This document shows, in pieces, positions 1 to 9,734 of a DNA stretch of 64,000 bases. Position numbers and translations under genes: made by a program. How positions within the stretch are numbered: the first letter of the stretch is position 1; each line of letters begins with the position of its first letter. The stretch comes from an uncultured Candidatus Saccharibacteria bacterium (lineage in GTDB: Bacteria > Patescibacteriota > Saccharimonadia > Saccharimonadales > Saccharimonadaceae). The notes beneath the pieces are model-generated. The model saw nothing but the letters and a program-made list of their open reading frames with translations. It was not told the DNA's origin and did no database searches. The stretch is taken from positions 3,901-67,900 of the forward strand of contig CAPNAV010000001.1 in the NCBI GenBank assembly GCA_948663575.1. Direction: 5' to 3'.

Positions 1-1
1 T

Positions 2-157
2 AAAGTTTTACGGAAACGATTCGATGATGACCTGATAAAACTTTTGGAGCAATTCAGATGGTGGGATAAGAGTATTTCGGAAATCCAAACCCTGATTCCA
101 TTGCTCACCAATAGTGATTTGAGGTATGTAAAAAGAGAACTAGAACAACTATTATAG
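2..157 (+). CDS. 3' end of a CatB/Vat-family (xenobiotic) O-acetyltransferase, partial at window edge
   Basis: Frame from nt 2 reads KVLRKRFDDDLIKLLEQFRWWDKSISEIQTLIPLLTNSDLRYVKRELEQLL*, the typical 'RKRFDD..I..L....WWD' C-terminus of this family; not in the ORF track. Confidence 0.75.
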   Translation, partial: KVLRKRFDDDLIKLLEQFRWWDKSISEIQTLIPLLTNSDLRYVKRELEQLL

Positions 158-659
158 TAATGAGCGCTAACAGAATGTACGGTATTATCCTCGCTAGGAA
201 ACTGGCGAGGACTTCTACCAACAGCAAAACCACAAGACTATTGGCCTGTAGCTCGCGTCCGTTCTGAATGCACAAAAAGTGCCATCTGCCATCAACTACA
301 GTCGATACCAAATGGCACTGGTGGCCCAGAACGGACGTTACTCAAACCACCAAAACAAGTAGCAAAAGTCCTATACGGTCAGTTCAGCAAAAAAGATTTT
401 TATATACCCGAGTTCCGTATGGAAGAAGCGAAAGAGCTATTGTCCAACATCGAGTACGTCTTATAGTGTATGATCCTATTATTAACCACTTATATCTATA
501 ACCATATGATTACTAATACCTGACCCTGTTATATAAGGACAGGCATTGTACTTATACTCTCGGTATTATGCGATTATTAGCCAAATATGACGCAAACCGT
601 ATTCTATATCAACGAGATTGCTGCTACTGATTTGCCAGTAATGTGGGGGTTCGCCCTCA

Positions 660-1154
660 TTACTCACTATAACAATACGTTGTTTTGTTCTCCAAACGGT
701 AGAGTAAAGCAAAGTCTCTTGCCGAACTTGAATAGACCGCCTTATCGTCATCGCATTCTGCGTGACTGACGAAGTAAATAGTATGGTCAAAGGTTGTGAC
801 GCTCTTTGTCTGCCCATCTTCTAACTTACTAAAATCAAAATCATAACTCTCGCCATCAGGATCTGAACTGACTGATAAATACCCTTTGATTGCTGACGTG
901 CTGTTGGGAAGCTTACCATTGTTGTTCATTTCGTATTCGTATATATCGCTGTATATCTTTGCTAAATCGCTCTTGCGTGTAAGGTCGTTTGTTGTCTCTC
1001 TGAGCTCCTCTGCTTGCTCGTTTAACTTATTGGTCGCAGAGAACATCGTAAAGCGTGTTATAACACCCATAAAAATCAGCACAGCGATTATGCCGACTAT
1101 TACTAGAACTATATTTAATGTTTTTGAACTTGATTGTTCTTGCTTGGTTGCCAC
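660..1154 (-). CDS. Pilin-like membrane-anchored protein
   Basis: N-terminal hydrophobic helix, then NDLTRKSDLAKIYSDIYEYEMNNNGKLP resembling CPR type IV pilin-like proteins; C-terminal Cys pair; GGAG RBS; no clear prepilin cleavage motif. Confidence 0.6.
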   Translation of the reverse strand: MATKQEQSSSKTLNIVLVIVGIIAVLIFMGVITRFTMFSATNKLNEQAEELRETTNDLTRKSDLAKIYSDIYEYEMNNNGKLPNSTSAIKGYLSVSSDPDGESYDFDFSKLEDGQTKSVTTFDHTIYFVSHAECDDDKAVYSSSARDFALLYRLENKTTYCYSE

Positions 1155-1206
1155 TTTATGCTCCTAAAATAAATTATTGACTATTCCTGTGTTCAATGGC
1201 ATTAAT

Positions 1207-1352
1207 AAAAACAGCCCTTGAGCAGGCTGTTCACACTTTTCGCTACCAAGTCAGACTTGATGCTAGCACAAGGGCTGTTCTCATCGTCTGACAAAGATAG
1301 TTTCTCGCTATTCCTTTGGTAGTTTTTGAAAAATGTGAACACTCCTATTATA
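1207..1352 (-). promoter_or_regulatory. Promoter and structured leader RNA with intrinsic terminator and alternative antiterminator pairing
   Basis: TGATATAAT -10 on minus strand; stems 1228-1240/1329-1341, 1243-1249/1316-1322, 1250-1256/1286-1292; 1269-1279 complementary to terminator arm 1210-1220. Confidence 0.6.
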
Positions 1353-1397
1353 TCATAAAAACTTGGAATGTTTTATAACTGGAGTTATAATCGCTAT

Positions 1398-1493
1398 ATG
1401 GAAAAGAACTTGGAACGGCAGGCGGAACTTGAAGCTAACGACCTTGACGCTGACCTTGTTGACCCAGCGTTCGCCAATGATAACTGGTTTTGA
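1398..1493 (+). CDS. Small acidic peptide, 31 aa (MEKNLERQAELEANDLDADLVDPAFANDNWF), probably leaderless
   Basis: TATAAT at 1386-1391, 6 nt before ATG; hairpin terminator at 1519-1542. Confidence 0.45.
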   Translation: MEKNLERQAELEANDLDADLVDPAFANDNWF

Positions 1494-1518
1494 CTGATTT
1501 TGTAGAATTACCGCCTAG

Positions 1519-1542
1519 AAGCCCCATATAGGGGCTTATTTT
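1519..1542 (+). terminator. Intrinsic terminator
   Basis: AAGCCCC-ATATA-GGGGCTT followed by ATTTT. Confidence 0.6.
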
Positions 1543-1720
1543 GTGAAAATGGAAACATATACCAGTTGAGACCGAGAGTCGTCTTCAAAACGCTTAAAAT
1601 GCGTCATACGACAAAACATTGACTATCGTATTAACCAACGCATCACTAACAGAGATGAAAGTCATCGTATTGCTTAAAATAGTATTGAAAAAAGTAAATA
1701 AAGATGTTATAATAGTATAT

Positions 1721-2008
1721 ATGAGAAGTAAAGCAACTGTCGTTAAATCAAAGGCTGAACTCCGCCCTATACCCGAAACTATAAGGCGGATATTCGGAAC
1801 GGTGGAAACTCCACCTGCGTTGCCTGACGAGCAACCAGAAACTCAAAAAACCATATCACATCGGTCAAGAAAGGAATTGCTGGGCCTGACAAAGGAACTC
1901 CGAAAAATAGACCCAAAAGGCAAGAAAGTAGACTACGAGCAATATGATGGGTTCAAACTCTACCTGTATGGTTTGCGAGGGAACGCGAAACGAAGGAAAG
2001 GATGCTAA
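1721..2008 (+). CDS. Small basic protein upstream of and overlapping the recombinase (possible accessory or directionality factor)
   Basis: TGTTATAAT 7 nt before ATG 1721 (preferred over TTG 1619); overlaps recombinase start. Confidence 0.55.
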   Translation: MRSKATVVKSKAELRPIPETIRRIFGTVETPPALPDEQPETQKTISHRSRKELLGLTKELRKIDPKGKKVDYEQYDGFKLYLYGLRGNAKRRKGC

Positions 2009-3615
2009 CTATGACTGACCAAAAAGGTAAAGACTCTGCCAACCTTAAATACGCCCTCTATGCTCGTAAGTCCACTGAGGAAAGTAGCAAGCAGGTCAAC
2101 TCTATTGAAGACCAGATTGCGGAATGTATGGCCTACGCTAACGCTGAGGGCCTGAACGTTGCAGCGGTTATTATAGAGCAAAAGTCTGCTAAATACTCGC
2201 ACAACCGCCCAAAGTTCGATGAGATGATTAGTAAAATAGAACTTGGTGAATATGACGCCATACTGGCTTGGCATCCTGACCGACTGGCTCGCAATATGCT
2301 TGAAGCAGGTCAAATACTAGATATGCTTACGCCACCAAAGGAAAAAACTGAACCTTTGCTAAAAGCCCTTGCGTTCCCAACTATATCATATAGCAACGAC
2401 AGTGGTGGACGCTTGACATTGGCTGTGCTGTTCTCGCTCGCAACACAGTATTCTGAACACCTGTCTGAGTCGGTCTCTCGCGGTCATTCTCATAATTTAC
2501 AGCGTGGAAAATCAGCAGGTATGACGAAATGGGGCTATAAACGTAGTGAGGCTGGATACTATATTCCTGACGAATGCTATGACGATATTAAGCGTGGCTG
2601 GCAAATGATATTGAACGGCGATTCGCAGGCTGAAGTTCTGCGTGACTGGGAAAAACATGATGTCCACTATACGACCAAGCCTAAGAATGGCGGTGAGCCA
2701 AAGGATATACGTCCGACCAAGCAAAGTCTTACCCTTATATTCCGTGACACCGTGTATTATGGCGAACTCCAACAGGCAGGCGAGTCCGTTGACCTTACGA
2801 CTATACCTGAAGCCGACTTCAAGCCTATGATTACTAAGGAGGAGTATGACAAAGTCCAGCAAATCCTTGACGGACGACACACTACGCATCGTAGACGCTC
2901 CAACGCGACCATTGACTTACCTTTGCGTGGTATGCTCTATTGCGACTGCTGTGGTCATAAAATGTATCCAGGAGCGAGTGGTGGTAATGCTAAAGGCAAA
3001 AAGTTTATTTACTACCACTGTCAAAACAAGGATTGCGAACGCACCAACAAAGTCGTCAGAGCGAAGGTGGTCTTTGGTGAACTCTATGAAACGTTAAACG
3101 CTCTCAAACCAGATAAAAACACTTATGACGAGTATAGCAAGGCAGTAGATGAATATGCCAATGAGACTATCGCCGAGCTTAAAAACGAACGCTCTAGCCT
3201 GAATGGGGCTAAACGGCGTTATACTAACGAATTAAAGACCGCAAACGCAAACTACACTAACCTTGTAAAACCGTCCGCTAAAACACCGAAAGCCACTCTC
3301 AGGGAGGCGAGAAAACGTATAAACGAACTGGACGCTATTATTGGCGAAATCAACGATGACATAAAGGCTGTCAATGAACAAATCAAAGATCCAAACTCCA
3401 CCAAACTCACCAAAAACGAGTTCTTAAACCTTATCTCTACCTCTGGAAAACGTCTCAAAAATGGCACTTTTGCCGAAAAAGATGCTATTGTGCGAAAACT
3501 GTTCTTAAACCTGCGTTTAACCAACGAAAATAGCCTCATCTACCTCTGTAAGCCAGAGTTCGATGGGCTACTTGAAATTGGAAAAGTCAATAATGGTGGT
3601 TCCGGGCGGACTTGA
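2002..3615 (+). CDS. Large serine recombinase (resolvase, recombinase and Zn-ribbon domains, coiled coil)
   Basis: YARKSTE catalytic motif, WHPDRLARN, LRGMLYCDCCG and YYHC zinc ribbon. Confidence 0.95.
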   Translation: MLTMTDQKGKDSANLKYALYARKSTEESSKQVNSIEDQIAECMAYANAEGLNVAAVIIEQKSAKYSHNRPKFDEMISKIELGEYDAILAWHPDRLARNMLEAGQILDMLTPPKEKTEPLLKALAFPTISYSNDSGGRLTLAVLFSLATQYSEHLSESVSRGHSHNLQRGKSAGMTKWGYKRSEAGYYIPDECYDDIKRGWQMILNGDSQAEVLRDWEKHDVHYTTKPKNGGEPKDIRPTKQSLTLIFRDTVYYGELQQAGESVDLTTIPEADFKPMITKEEYDKVQQILDGRHTTHRRRSNATIDLPLRGMLYCDCCGHKMYPGASGGNAKGKKFIYYHCQNKDCERTNKVVRAKVVFGELYETLNALKPDKNTYDEYSKAVDEYANETIAELKNERSSLNGAKRRYTNELKTANANYTNLVKPSAKTPKATLREARKRINELDAIIGEINDDIKAVNEQIKDPNSTKLTKNEFLNLISTSGKRLKNGTFAEKDAIVRKLFLNLRLTNENSLIYLCKPEFDGLLEIGKVNNGGSGRT

Positions 3616-3669
3616 ACCGTCGACACAAGGCTCTTCAGGCCTCTGCTCTACCAACTGAGCTACAGAACC
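3594..3669 (-). tRNA. tRNA-Phe (GAA)
   Basis: GGTTCTGTAGCTCAGTTGGTAGAGCAGAGGCCTGAAGAGCCTTGTGTCGACGGTTCAAGTCCGCCCGGAACCACCA, 76-nt cloverleaf with encoded CCA. Confidence 0.95.
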
Positions 3670-3929
3670 ATATCTGTATTATAACACACTTTGTCAAAGT
3701 GTGGAGTATTTCATCGAGTTTTAAGCTATTTTTCTCAGTCGACCATGCTCGAGACCTAAATATATCCACTGCAAAAAACTGATCAAGTCCCTAAGCAGCA
3801 CTGCAACGCTTATCCTAAAGATTTTTTCGCCCCTATCTATTATACAAAATGTTCGACAACTACAATAATCGACGCCAATAATCGTCAAAATCAGTTATAT
3901 TGGAGCTAGGCGATGAGTAAAGGAAATAA

Positions 3930-4844
3930 ATGTTAAAAATAGTCGTATTTGATATTGGATGGGGCGGGGAATTTGTTGCTGATTATCTTGCAGCCGAGCT
4001 TGGCACGGTCGAGATAATCCGCGCTACAAGCTGGCAAAGTCAGCTCTATGACATTCAAGACGAGACTTTGCTATATAACGAAGTACGAGCATCTTTGCAC
4101 GAGTATATTGGTAAAGTCGATCTGATTGTTCTTGGCGGATACGTTGTGTCACTCGCACTGGACTTCCTTCAAAAAACTTATCCGCAGCAGAAGTTTATTG
4201 GTATGTCAATCAACTATTATCGAGTTCTACAGTCACGTTATAATATTAATCGCGTCGTTTTACTCATGAATGATCTACTAGTTCGTAGGCCGATTTTTGA
4301 AGAGATTCGACAGGGATTGCCCGAATCAACGGTTATCGTACCGGATTGTTCGGGATGGGAAGAACTTGTTGATGTTGATGAAATGTCTGTAGATGTCTTG
4401 CGTTTTGAGCTTAAAAACTATTTTGCGCTTACTTCTCCAAATATTCCGAAAACTGACCACTGTTTATCAAAAGCGAAGCCTATTCCAATCTCATCGCCTC
4501 TTCGTGAACAGGTTATTAATTTTCTTGCAAATAGCTGTCGTACTGACGTGCGACGATCGTACGCGCTAACCGGAGGATTTTCTAATATGGACAATACAAC
4601 TTTGCCAGGCCAATCTATATGTCGCCAACCCACTGCAAGAATCGCTCAATCTAGCGACGATGATACCCTTATTCGTCCGGATGTGGTTTTATTGCTAAAT
4701 ACTCATTTTTGGGGCATCAAGGAGGAGCTTTCTGAAGTTTTTGGTATTAGTGTGAATGTTATGGATTTTCGCAATCTGCTATTACACGACGTGTGTCGTG
4801 CCCTCGAACTGCGCGGCGTACACGGCGAGCGCAGTAAGTGGTAG
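3930..4844 (+). CDS. Divergent glutamate-racemase-fold protein lacking both catalytic cysteines
   Basis: IVVFDIGWGG resembles IGVFDSGVGG; IVLGGYVVS in place of VIACNTA; LLLNTHF in place of LGCTHY. Confidence 0.6.
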   Translation: MLKIVVFDIGWGGEFVADYLAAELGTVEIIRATSWQSQLYDIQDETLLYNEVRASLHEYIGKVDLIVLGGYVVSLALDFLQKTYPQQKFIGMSINYYRVLQSRYNINRVVLLMNDLLVRRPIFEEIRQGLPESTVIVPDCSGWEELVDVDEMSVDVLRFELKNYFALTSPNIPKTDHCLSKAKPIPISSPLREQVINFLANSCRTDVRRSYALTGGFSNMDNTTLPGQSICRQPTARIAQSSDDDTLIRPDVVLLLNTHFWGIKEELSEVFGISVNVMDFRNLLLHDVCRALELRGVHGERSKW

Positions 4845-4895
4845 TACTACAAAATTCCTTATCTATTATGTAGAAATGTGCTATAATTCAACTAA

Positions 4896-4980
4896 GCCCG
4901 GTTGGCGGAATTGGTATACGCGTTCGACTTAAAATCGAATGGAGAAATCCATATGAGTTCAAGTCTCATACCGGGCACCA
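4896..4980 (+). tRNA. tRNA-Leu (TAA)
   Basis: GCCCGGT...TTCGA CTTAAAA TCGAA...ACCGGGCACCA, 85 nt with variable arm; TGCTATAAT promoter just upstream. Confidence 0.95.
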
Positions 4981-6542
4981 ACCGTGAATTCCTTGCCTTC
5001 AAGCAAGGTCGCAAAAGGCTCTTTCCAGAGGAAATGAGGCCTTTTTTCATTGTCAATTTTGAGGTTCAAGATACATATTCGGGCTATCGCATCTTTTTCG
5101 GCAACGGAACTATTTCTCATCTGTTGTGGGAGACTTTTTAGTAGGTTCAAGAACTCATCCTTGGACACGATAACTTCCTTAGCTCGGTCAATTTTATCAT
5201 CTAGTACTTTTAGACGTTCTTCAATCTCTACCAAGTCAGTCTCTAGGCCAGCGAGTTTATTTTGCTCTATCTCGCGTGCTTTCTTATTGCTTTCTTGTAG
5301 ATTAGGTAAGACTTCATTCGTAATGCGGCTAATATTCGCACTGATATTGGAATGCCTACCCTGCAGGCTGCGACGTTCGGTTCTTAGTCTAATTAGCTCC
5401 TCATCAGATAGTTTTTCAATACGCTTGCTATATATTTTGTATTCTCTTTCACTGAAGCTAAGGCTATCTAAGGCTCTGTATATTTCATCAAATATTACTT
5501 TAGCACGCACGCTCCTAGCTTCCCTAGCGCAGTGTTTATTATCACACCTATAATACAGGTATCGCTCGCCATTACGTGATTTACTAGCACCAGGATACAT
5601 CACGCTACCACATACACCACAACGCACCATACTACGCAATGGGTAGAAGGTGGCGCGATTTTTCTTGCTAGTTTTACCCGTCTTACCGTGTGGATTGGCG
5701 GCAATTATGGCTTGGACCTGATTATACTCTTCTTCGGTCACCATAGGCTTAAAGTCATTTACGACAAGCCTCAAATCCACCTCCTGCTCTGCCTGGACTA
5801 GAACACCATAATAAAACGAATCCTCAAAAACCTTCGTTGGAGTGTTTATATTGGGCTTGATGATGCGTTGCTTCTTATTCTTTCTAGTTATTTTGGTCTT
5901 CTTCTCCATACCACTTTGTAGCCAGAACTTCAGTATTTCTTTATTGCCTTTACCGTCAAGCTTCATCTCCCAGCCCTTACGCACTAAATCGAAGTTGTCA
6001 TCTGGCTCATAAAAGCCATTGAGATTACGATTATAACCCCACTTGGGTGCGCCAGAGGACTTACCTTCTGGCAGCCTATTGTCATTAGCACGAAGAACAC
6101 CCTCGGCAATATGTTCGGAATACTGTTTGGCAAGGGCAAACAAAATGTTCAGCATCAGCTTCCCACTACTATCATTCTCAAAACGACAAAAAGGAAACTT
6201 CATATCTTTGATAATTTCCTTGTCAAATAAGTCCATAATGATACCAGCCTCTAAAGAGTTTCTAGACAATCGGTCTGGGTGCCACGCGATAATTCCGTCA
6301 TATCTGCCAGCTTTAATTTCCTCTAGCATTTCATTGAAGGCTGGTCGATTGTTGGGAGCCTTGGCAGATTTCTCTTCACGAACAATCTTCCTAATATGCA
6401 GCCCCTCACGCTTCGCTAAGGCTTTACAGTCCTTAATCTGGTCATCAATCGAATGCTCCTGACTGCCCTTGTCCTCGGTAGATTTGCGCGCGTATAAGAT
6501 GTAATTTAGTTTCGTTACGTCTATTTCTTTCTTGCGTGCCAT
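4959..6542 (-). CDS. Large serine recombinase, paralog of 2002-3615
   Basis: YARKSTED, WHPDRLSRN, LRSMVRCGVCG, YYRC; stop codon inside the tRNA-Leu T-arm. Confidence 0.95.
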   Translation of the reverse strand: MARKKEIDVTKLNYILYARKSTEDKGSQEHSIDDQIKDCKALAKREGLHIRKIVREEKSAKAPNNRPAFNEMLEEIKAGRYDGIIAWHPDRLSRNSLEAGIIMDLFDKEIIKDMKFPFCRFENDSSGKLMLNILFALAKQYSEHIAEGVLRANDNRLPEGKSSGAPKWGYNRNLNGFYEPDDNFDLVRKGWEMKLDGKGNKEILKFWLQSGMEKKTKITRKNKKQRIIKPNINTPTKVFEDSFYYGVLVQAEQEVDLRLVVNDFKPMVTEEEYNQVQAIIAANPHGKTGKTSKKNRATFYPLRSMVRCGVCGSVMYPGASKSRNGERYLYYRCDNKHCAREARSVRAKVIFDEIYRALDSLSFSEREYKIYSKRIEKLSDEELIRLRTERRSLQGRHSNISANISRITNEVLPNLQESNKKAREIEQNKLAGLETDLVEIEERLKVLDDKIDRAKEVIVSKDEFLNLLKSLPQQMRNSSVAEKDAIARICILNLKIDNEKRPHFLWKEPFATLLEGKEFTVGARYET

Positions 6543-6574
6543 ATAAGTATATTATACCACGGTACACTCACCAC

Positions 6575-6724
6575 CTAGAACTTAATGACACCGCCTCTAT
6601 TATCACTCATTGTGGTTGCCGTATCAAACTTTGTCCACTCCGGATTGGGGTTAGGTGTCTTTTGCGACCATTTAAGGTAGTTTGTTAATTTGATTAGATT
6701 GTTGCCTGCTTCGGCTTCGTCCAT
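6575..6724 (-). CDS. Small protein (49 aa, MDEAEAGNNLIKLTNYLKW...) upstream of the recombinase
   Basis: Hand-translated ORF; position mirrors the small gene before the other recombinase. Confidence 0.3.
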   Translation of the reverse strand: MDEAEAGNNLIKLTNYLKWSQKTPNPNPEWTKFDTATTMSDNRGGVIKF

Positions 6725-7046
6725 TCATTTTGGTTTTTGTCGGACATTTAAGAACCAAAAATGCCACAAACAAACGGCTTCCTTCCAAAGCCAATTTGTT
6801 CGTAGCTTTCTAATTCAAAGGATGGGGCTAAGGCTCACGCCTTGTCTACACTGCCATCACCAGTTGGAACTTAAGTTAGAGATTTTAGATAGCGTTGCCG
6901 CTATCAGTGCGCAGGGCGTTCCTCTAAGGCATTCTCTCTAACCCGTTCTACGACGCTTTTTATATTAAAAGTTCTTGCCCCTATTTTAGCACAAAAGGTT
7001 TATTACAACAAGCGTCTGCGACGCCACCGACCTAGCGTCGGTGAAC

Positions 7047-7886
7047 CTATCTGTCATTTAACCTAGCCAGTTCACGCTCTAACTCTGCTTTGAGACGTTG
7101 CTTTGGTGTCACTGGCTGGCTTAGCGTGTCGCAGTTGTTCTGACTGCCGTAGCTAGGCGAAATCGGTTCTCTAATGACTTGTCGTGGCTGGCGATTATCT
7201 TTAATATTAAGAGCCTTAAGTTGACGTATAACTTCACCCCTAAGTAGCTTCTTAGCGTCCGACGATAGATTTTTCACCACTGTGACGTCTCGCGCTGGAG
7301 CGTTTGAACTCTTTTGAAGTGGCTCTGGAATAGAAGTTGGTTTTAGGCTTACTTTGGGTAATTCTATTGGTGACTTAGATATGATTCTGCGCTCTCTAGC
7401 AAGTTTAGCCCATTTCTCTACATTATCACTATTGTTAAGCGCTGGGTCATTCATTAAGTCAAAGAGGGCGTTAAACTTTGGGGAGTTCGGCATATAGCGT
7501 GGTTTTCCGGAACGTTGAGAAGCATCACTCTTTCTAGAGGGCTGAAGCTTACACAGTAGATACGTTCTAAGGCAAGTTATGACTTTAATGAGTTTCATGA
7601 GCAATAAACAACAAATTGGCGCACAGATTAGCACGCACAAGGTAAGTTTAGTATTGGCGTCTAAGGCTTGCCAGTTAGAAATAGATTCGTCGTGAGTGTT
7701 ATTCTGAATCGACCACATAAAGAACCCGAGGACGACGCCAATACAGATAGCGAGAGGTAATTGCCCAATAACCCTCAGTCCGAGCTTCTTGTCCTCTGCG
7801 GACCTAAAGACTACTAGAGCCCATAGGCAGATAACAATTTCACCCAGTATCCAACCCAATAATGAAAGCCAACCTACAAGTTCCAC
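7047..7886 (-). CDS. Hypothetical membrane protein (3 N-terminal TM helices)
   Basis: Hydrophobic segments; abuts helicase stop; hairpin CACCGAC-CTAGC-GTCGGTG downstream. Confidence 0.7.
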   Translation of the reverse strand: MELVGWLSLLGWILGEIVICLWALVVFRSAEDKKLGLRVIGQLPLAICIGVVLGFFMWSIQNNTHDESISNWQALDANTKLTLCVLICAPICCLLLMKLIKVITCLRTYLLCKLQPSRKSDASQRSGKPRYMPNSPKFNALFDLMNDPALNNSDNVEKWAKLARERRIISKSPIELPKVSLKPTSIPEPLQKSSNAPARDVTVVKNLSSDAKKLLRGEVIRQLKALNIKDNRQPRQVIREPISPSYGSQNNCDTLSQPVTPKQRLKAELERELARLNDR

Positions 7887-9317
7887 CTAGTCCTCTTCAT
7901 CTAACGCTTTAAGCATTGCCAATAGTTCTTCTCGACGCCTAGCTTTATCACTTACTTCAATCCCATCACGGAAGCCATCGTCTCTATGTCTATCCATAAA
8001 GTTAGCAACCTCTTGCTTAACTATGATGTCATCACGACTAATCGGATGTGTCAAGTAGAGTTCGTCCATTGAAACACATCGAGACAGAGCCACGTAGGCT
8101 TGACCGGCGTCAAAAGCTCCACCCTCAAGGTTAACTTCTACTGCCTGATAGGTTTGCCCTTGTGCTTTATGGATAGTTAAAGCCCACGCAAGTCGCACTG
8201 GGAACTGCGTAAAAGTAGCTACAGGATGCGAGGCTAGTTTCTTCTTATCTGCGTCATATTCGTAAACATTCTTCTCCCAGGTAGCGCGGTCAATGCTATG
8301 TTCTACCTTGTTAATCATCACTTTGATAAAGTCCTCTCCTAAATCAGAGATGACACCAAGAGTGCCATTAACCCAACGCCTCCCTTGATTCTCGCCGTGT
8401 TGAGTATCGCCACTATCATTCTTAAGCATCATTACTTGAGCACCAACCTTAAGTCTTAGTTCTGGCTCGGTGGGATAGGAACTGTGTTTGAAATCTCCAG
8501 TAATTTCTGCCTTATAAATGTATTCTGGTCCTCGTAATTGAGCAAGCTTCTCTTGGTTAATACGGGCAACAACTTCATTGCGTGGGGTTAGCACTACTGC
8601 GTGGTTTCGCTGGTTCTTAGGTCTACTTCCAGAGCAACAATTGAGAACTTCTAATTCATTGTCGGTCACCTTGCCAATCCTTATATCGTTTAAGATACCT
8701 ACGAAAGCAGCATCTTTCTGACGAAAGACAGTTTTAAGTTCGTAAACCGTTAGAGCTAAGCGCTCAAATACTGGAGCATTAAAGAAGAATACATTGCCAT
8801 ATTCAGCAGTGAGATATCTATTAACTTGAGGTTCTACCACTGGCGGCAACTGATATAAGTCACCAAATAATATCACTTGTTTACCACCAAAAGGCTCCTT
8901 ACTCTCATTGGCGCACTGGAGCTTAACATTGATAGCTTCTACAATATCTACTCGCACCATAGAGGCTTCATCTATAATTAGGGTGTCTATTCTACTCAAG
9001 ATTTCCTTAAGTTTACCCCAAACGCCTTTCTTGCGAATCTCTGCGATATTTTGGACGCCTATATCTAGAGCGAAGAACGAATGAATCGTTTGCCCTCTAA
9101 TATTAAGCGCAGCAACTCCAGTAGGGGCTACAACAGCTACGCTTTTATGAGTATTTTTAACAAAGAAGTCTAGCAGATATGACTTGCCGGAGCCAGCTCG
9201 ACCCGTAATATACATACAGTCGTTAGTTCGCTCCATTTTATTGTAGAGACGAACTTTTTCTTCATTAAGCGAGGAAGTATCTATGAGGCTATCGGACATA
9301 CTACTTATCCTCAGCAT
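7887..9317 (-). CDS. PIF1/RecD-like SF1B helicase (start may be ATG at 9299)
   Basis: ITGRAGSGKS Walker A, VAPTGVAA, IIDEASMV, FGDLYQLPPV, QFPVRLAWALTIHKAQGQT, YVALSRC. Confidence 0.92.
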   Translation of the reverse strand: MLRISSMSDSLIDTSSLNEEKVRLYNKMERTNDCMYITGRAGSGKSYLLDFFVKNTHKSVAVVAPTGVAALNIRGQTIHSFFALDIGVQNIAEIRKKGVWGKLKEILSRIDTLIIDEASMVRVDIVEAINVKLQCANESKEPFGGKQVILFGDLYQLPPVVEPQVNRYLTAEYGNVFFFNAPVFERLALTVYELKTVFRQKDAAFVGILNDIRIGKVTDNELEVLNCCSGSRPKNQRNHAVVLTPRNEVVARINQEKLAQLRGPEYIYKAEITGDFKHSSYPTEPELRLKVGAQVMMLKNDSGDTQHGENQGRRWVNGTLGVISDLGEDFIKVMINKVEHSIDRATWEKNVYEYDADKKKLASHPVATFTQFPVRLAWALTIHKAQGQTYQAVEVNLEGGAFDAGQAYVALSRCVSMDELYLTHPISRDDIIVKQEVANFMDRHRDDGFRDGIEVSDKARRREELLAMLKALDEED

Positions 9318-9693
9318 CTAAAAGATTTGTTTGTCTCGGAACTATAGGTTGTGTCTTGTCGTCAACATGAGTAGGCTTCTTGCCTTTAGCTTTGGGCTTT
9401 TTCGCAGGTTTCTTTTGAATCTCATATTGAGACTGTGGCTCTATTGAAACTGTTGGTGTGTAATTTTCATCAGCGTTCAACATTCCCGATACTTGACGCA
9501 GCGATTCTTTGTAGGTTAATTTGCTAAGCTCCGAGATGCTTTCTTGCGTCTTTTCCAGGCTCACCAATAATTCCGATAAGGTATTATTTATGACCTTCGC
9601 CTTTTCTCTATAGGAAGCGACCCGTTCTTCAAACTCCCGGAGTTTATTGCTTGTCTGTTCCCAGCGATTAGCATCATCACCACTCAATTTCAT
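9301..9693 (-). CDS. Hypothetical coiled-coil protein, first gene of the cargo operon
   Basis: AAAGGAA RBS; heptad-rich N-terminus, basic tail. Confidence 0.7.
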   Translation of the reverse strand: MKLSGDDANRWEQTSNKLREFEERVASYREKAKVINNTLSELLVSLEKTQESISELSKLTYKESLRQVSGMLNADENYTPTVSIEPQSQYEIQKKPAKKPKAKGKKPTHVDDKTQPIVPRQTNLLDAEDK

Positions 9694-9734
9694 ATATCGT
9701 TCCTTTCATTATTAAAAGAGTAGAGCAATGCATT

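Larger units (their letters stand above)
319..3615. mobile_element. Candidate ~3.3 kb integrative element at tRNA-Phe (serine recombinase plus pilin-like cargo)
   Basis: Recombinase gene runs into the tRNA-Phe 3' end; degenerate tRNA 3'-end-like sequence TGGTGGCCCAGAACGGACGTTACTCAAAC at 319-347; left boundary uncertain. Confidence 0.5.

Noticed and set aside
4902..5141. 79-aa ORF
   Set aside because: Starts inside tRNA-Leu and is antisense to the recombinase.
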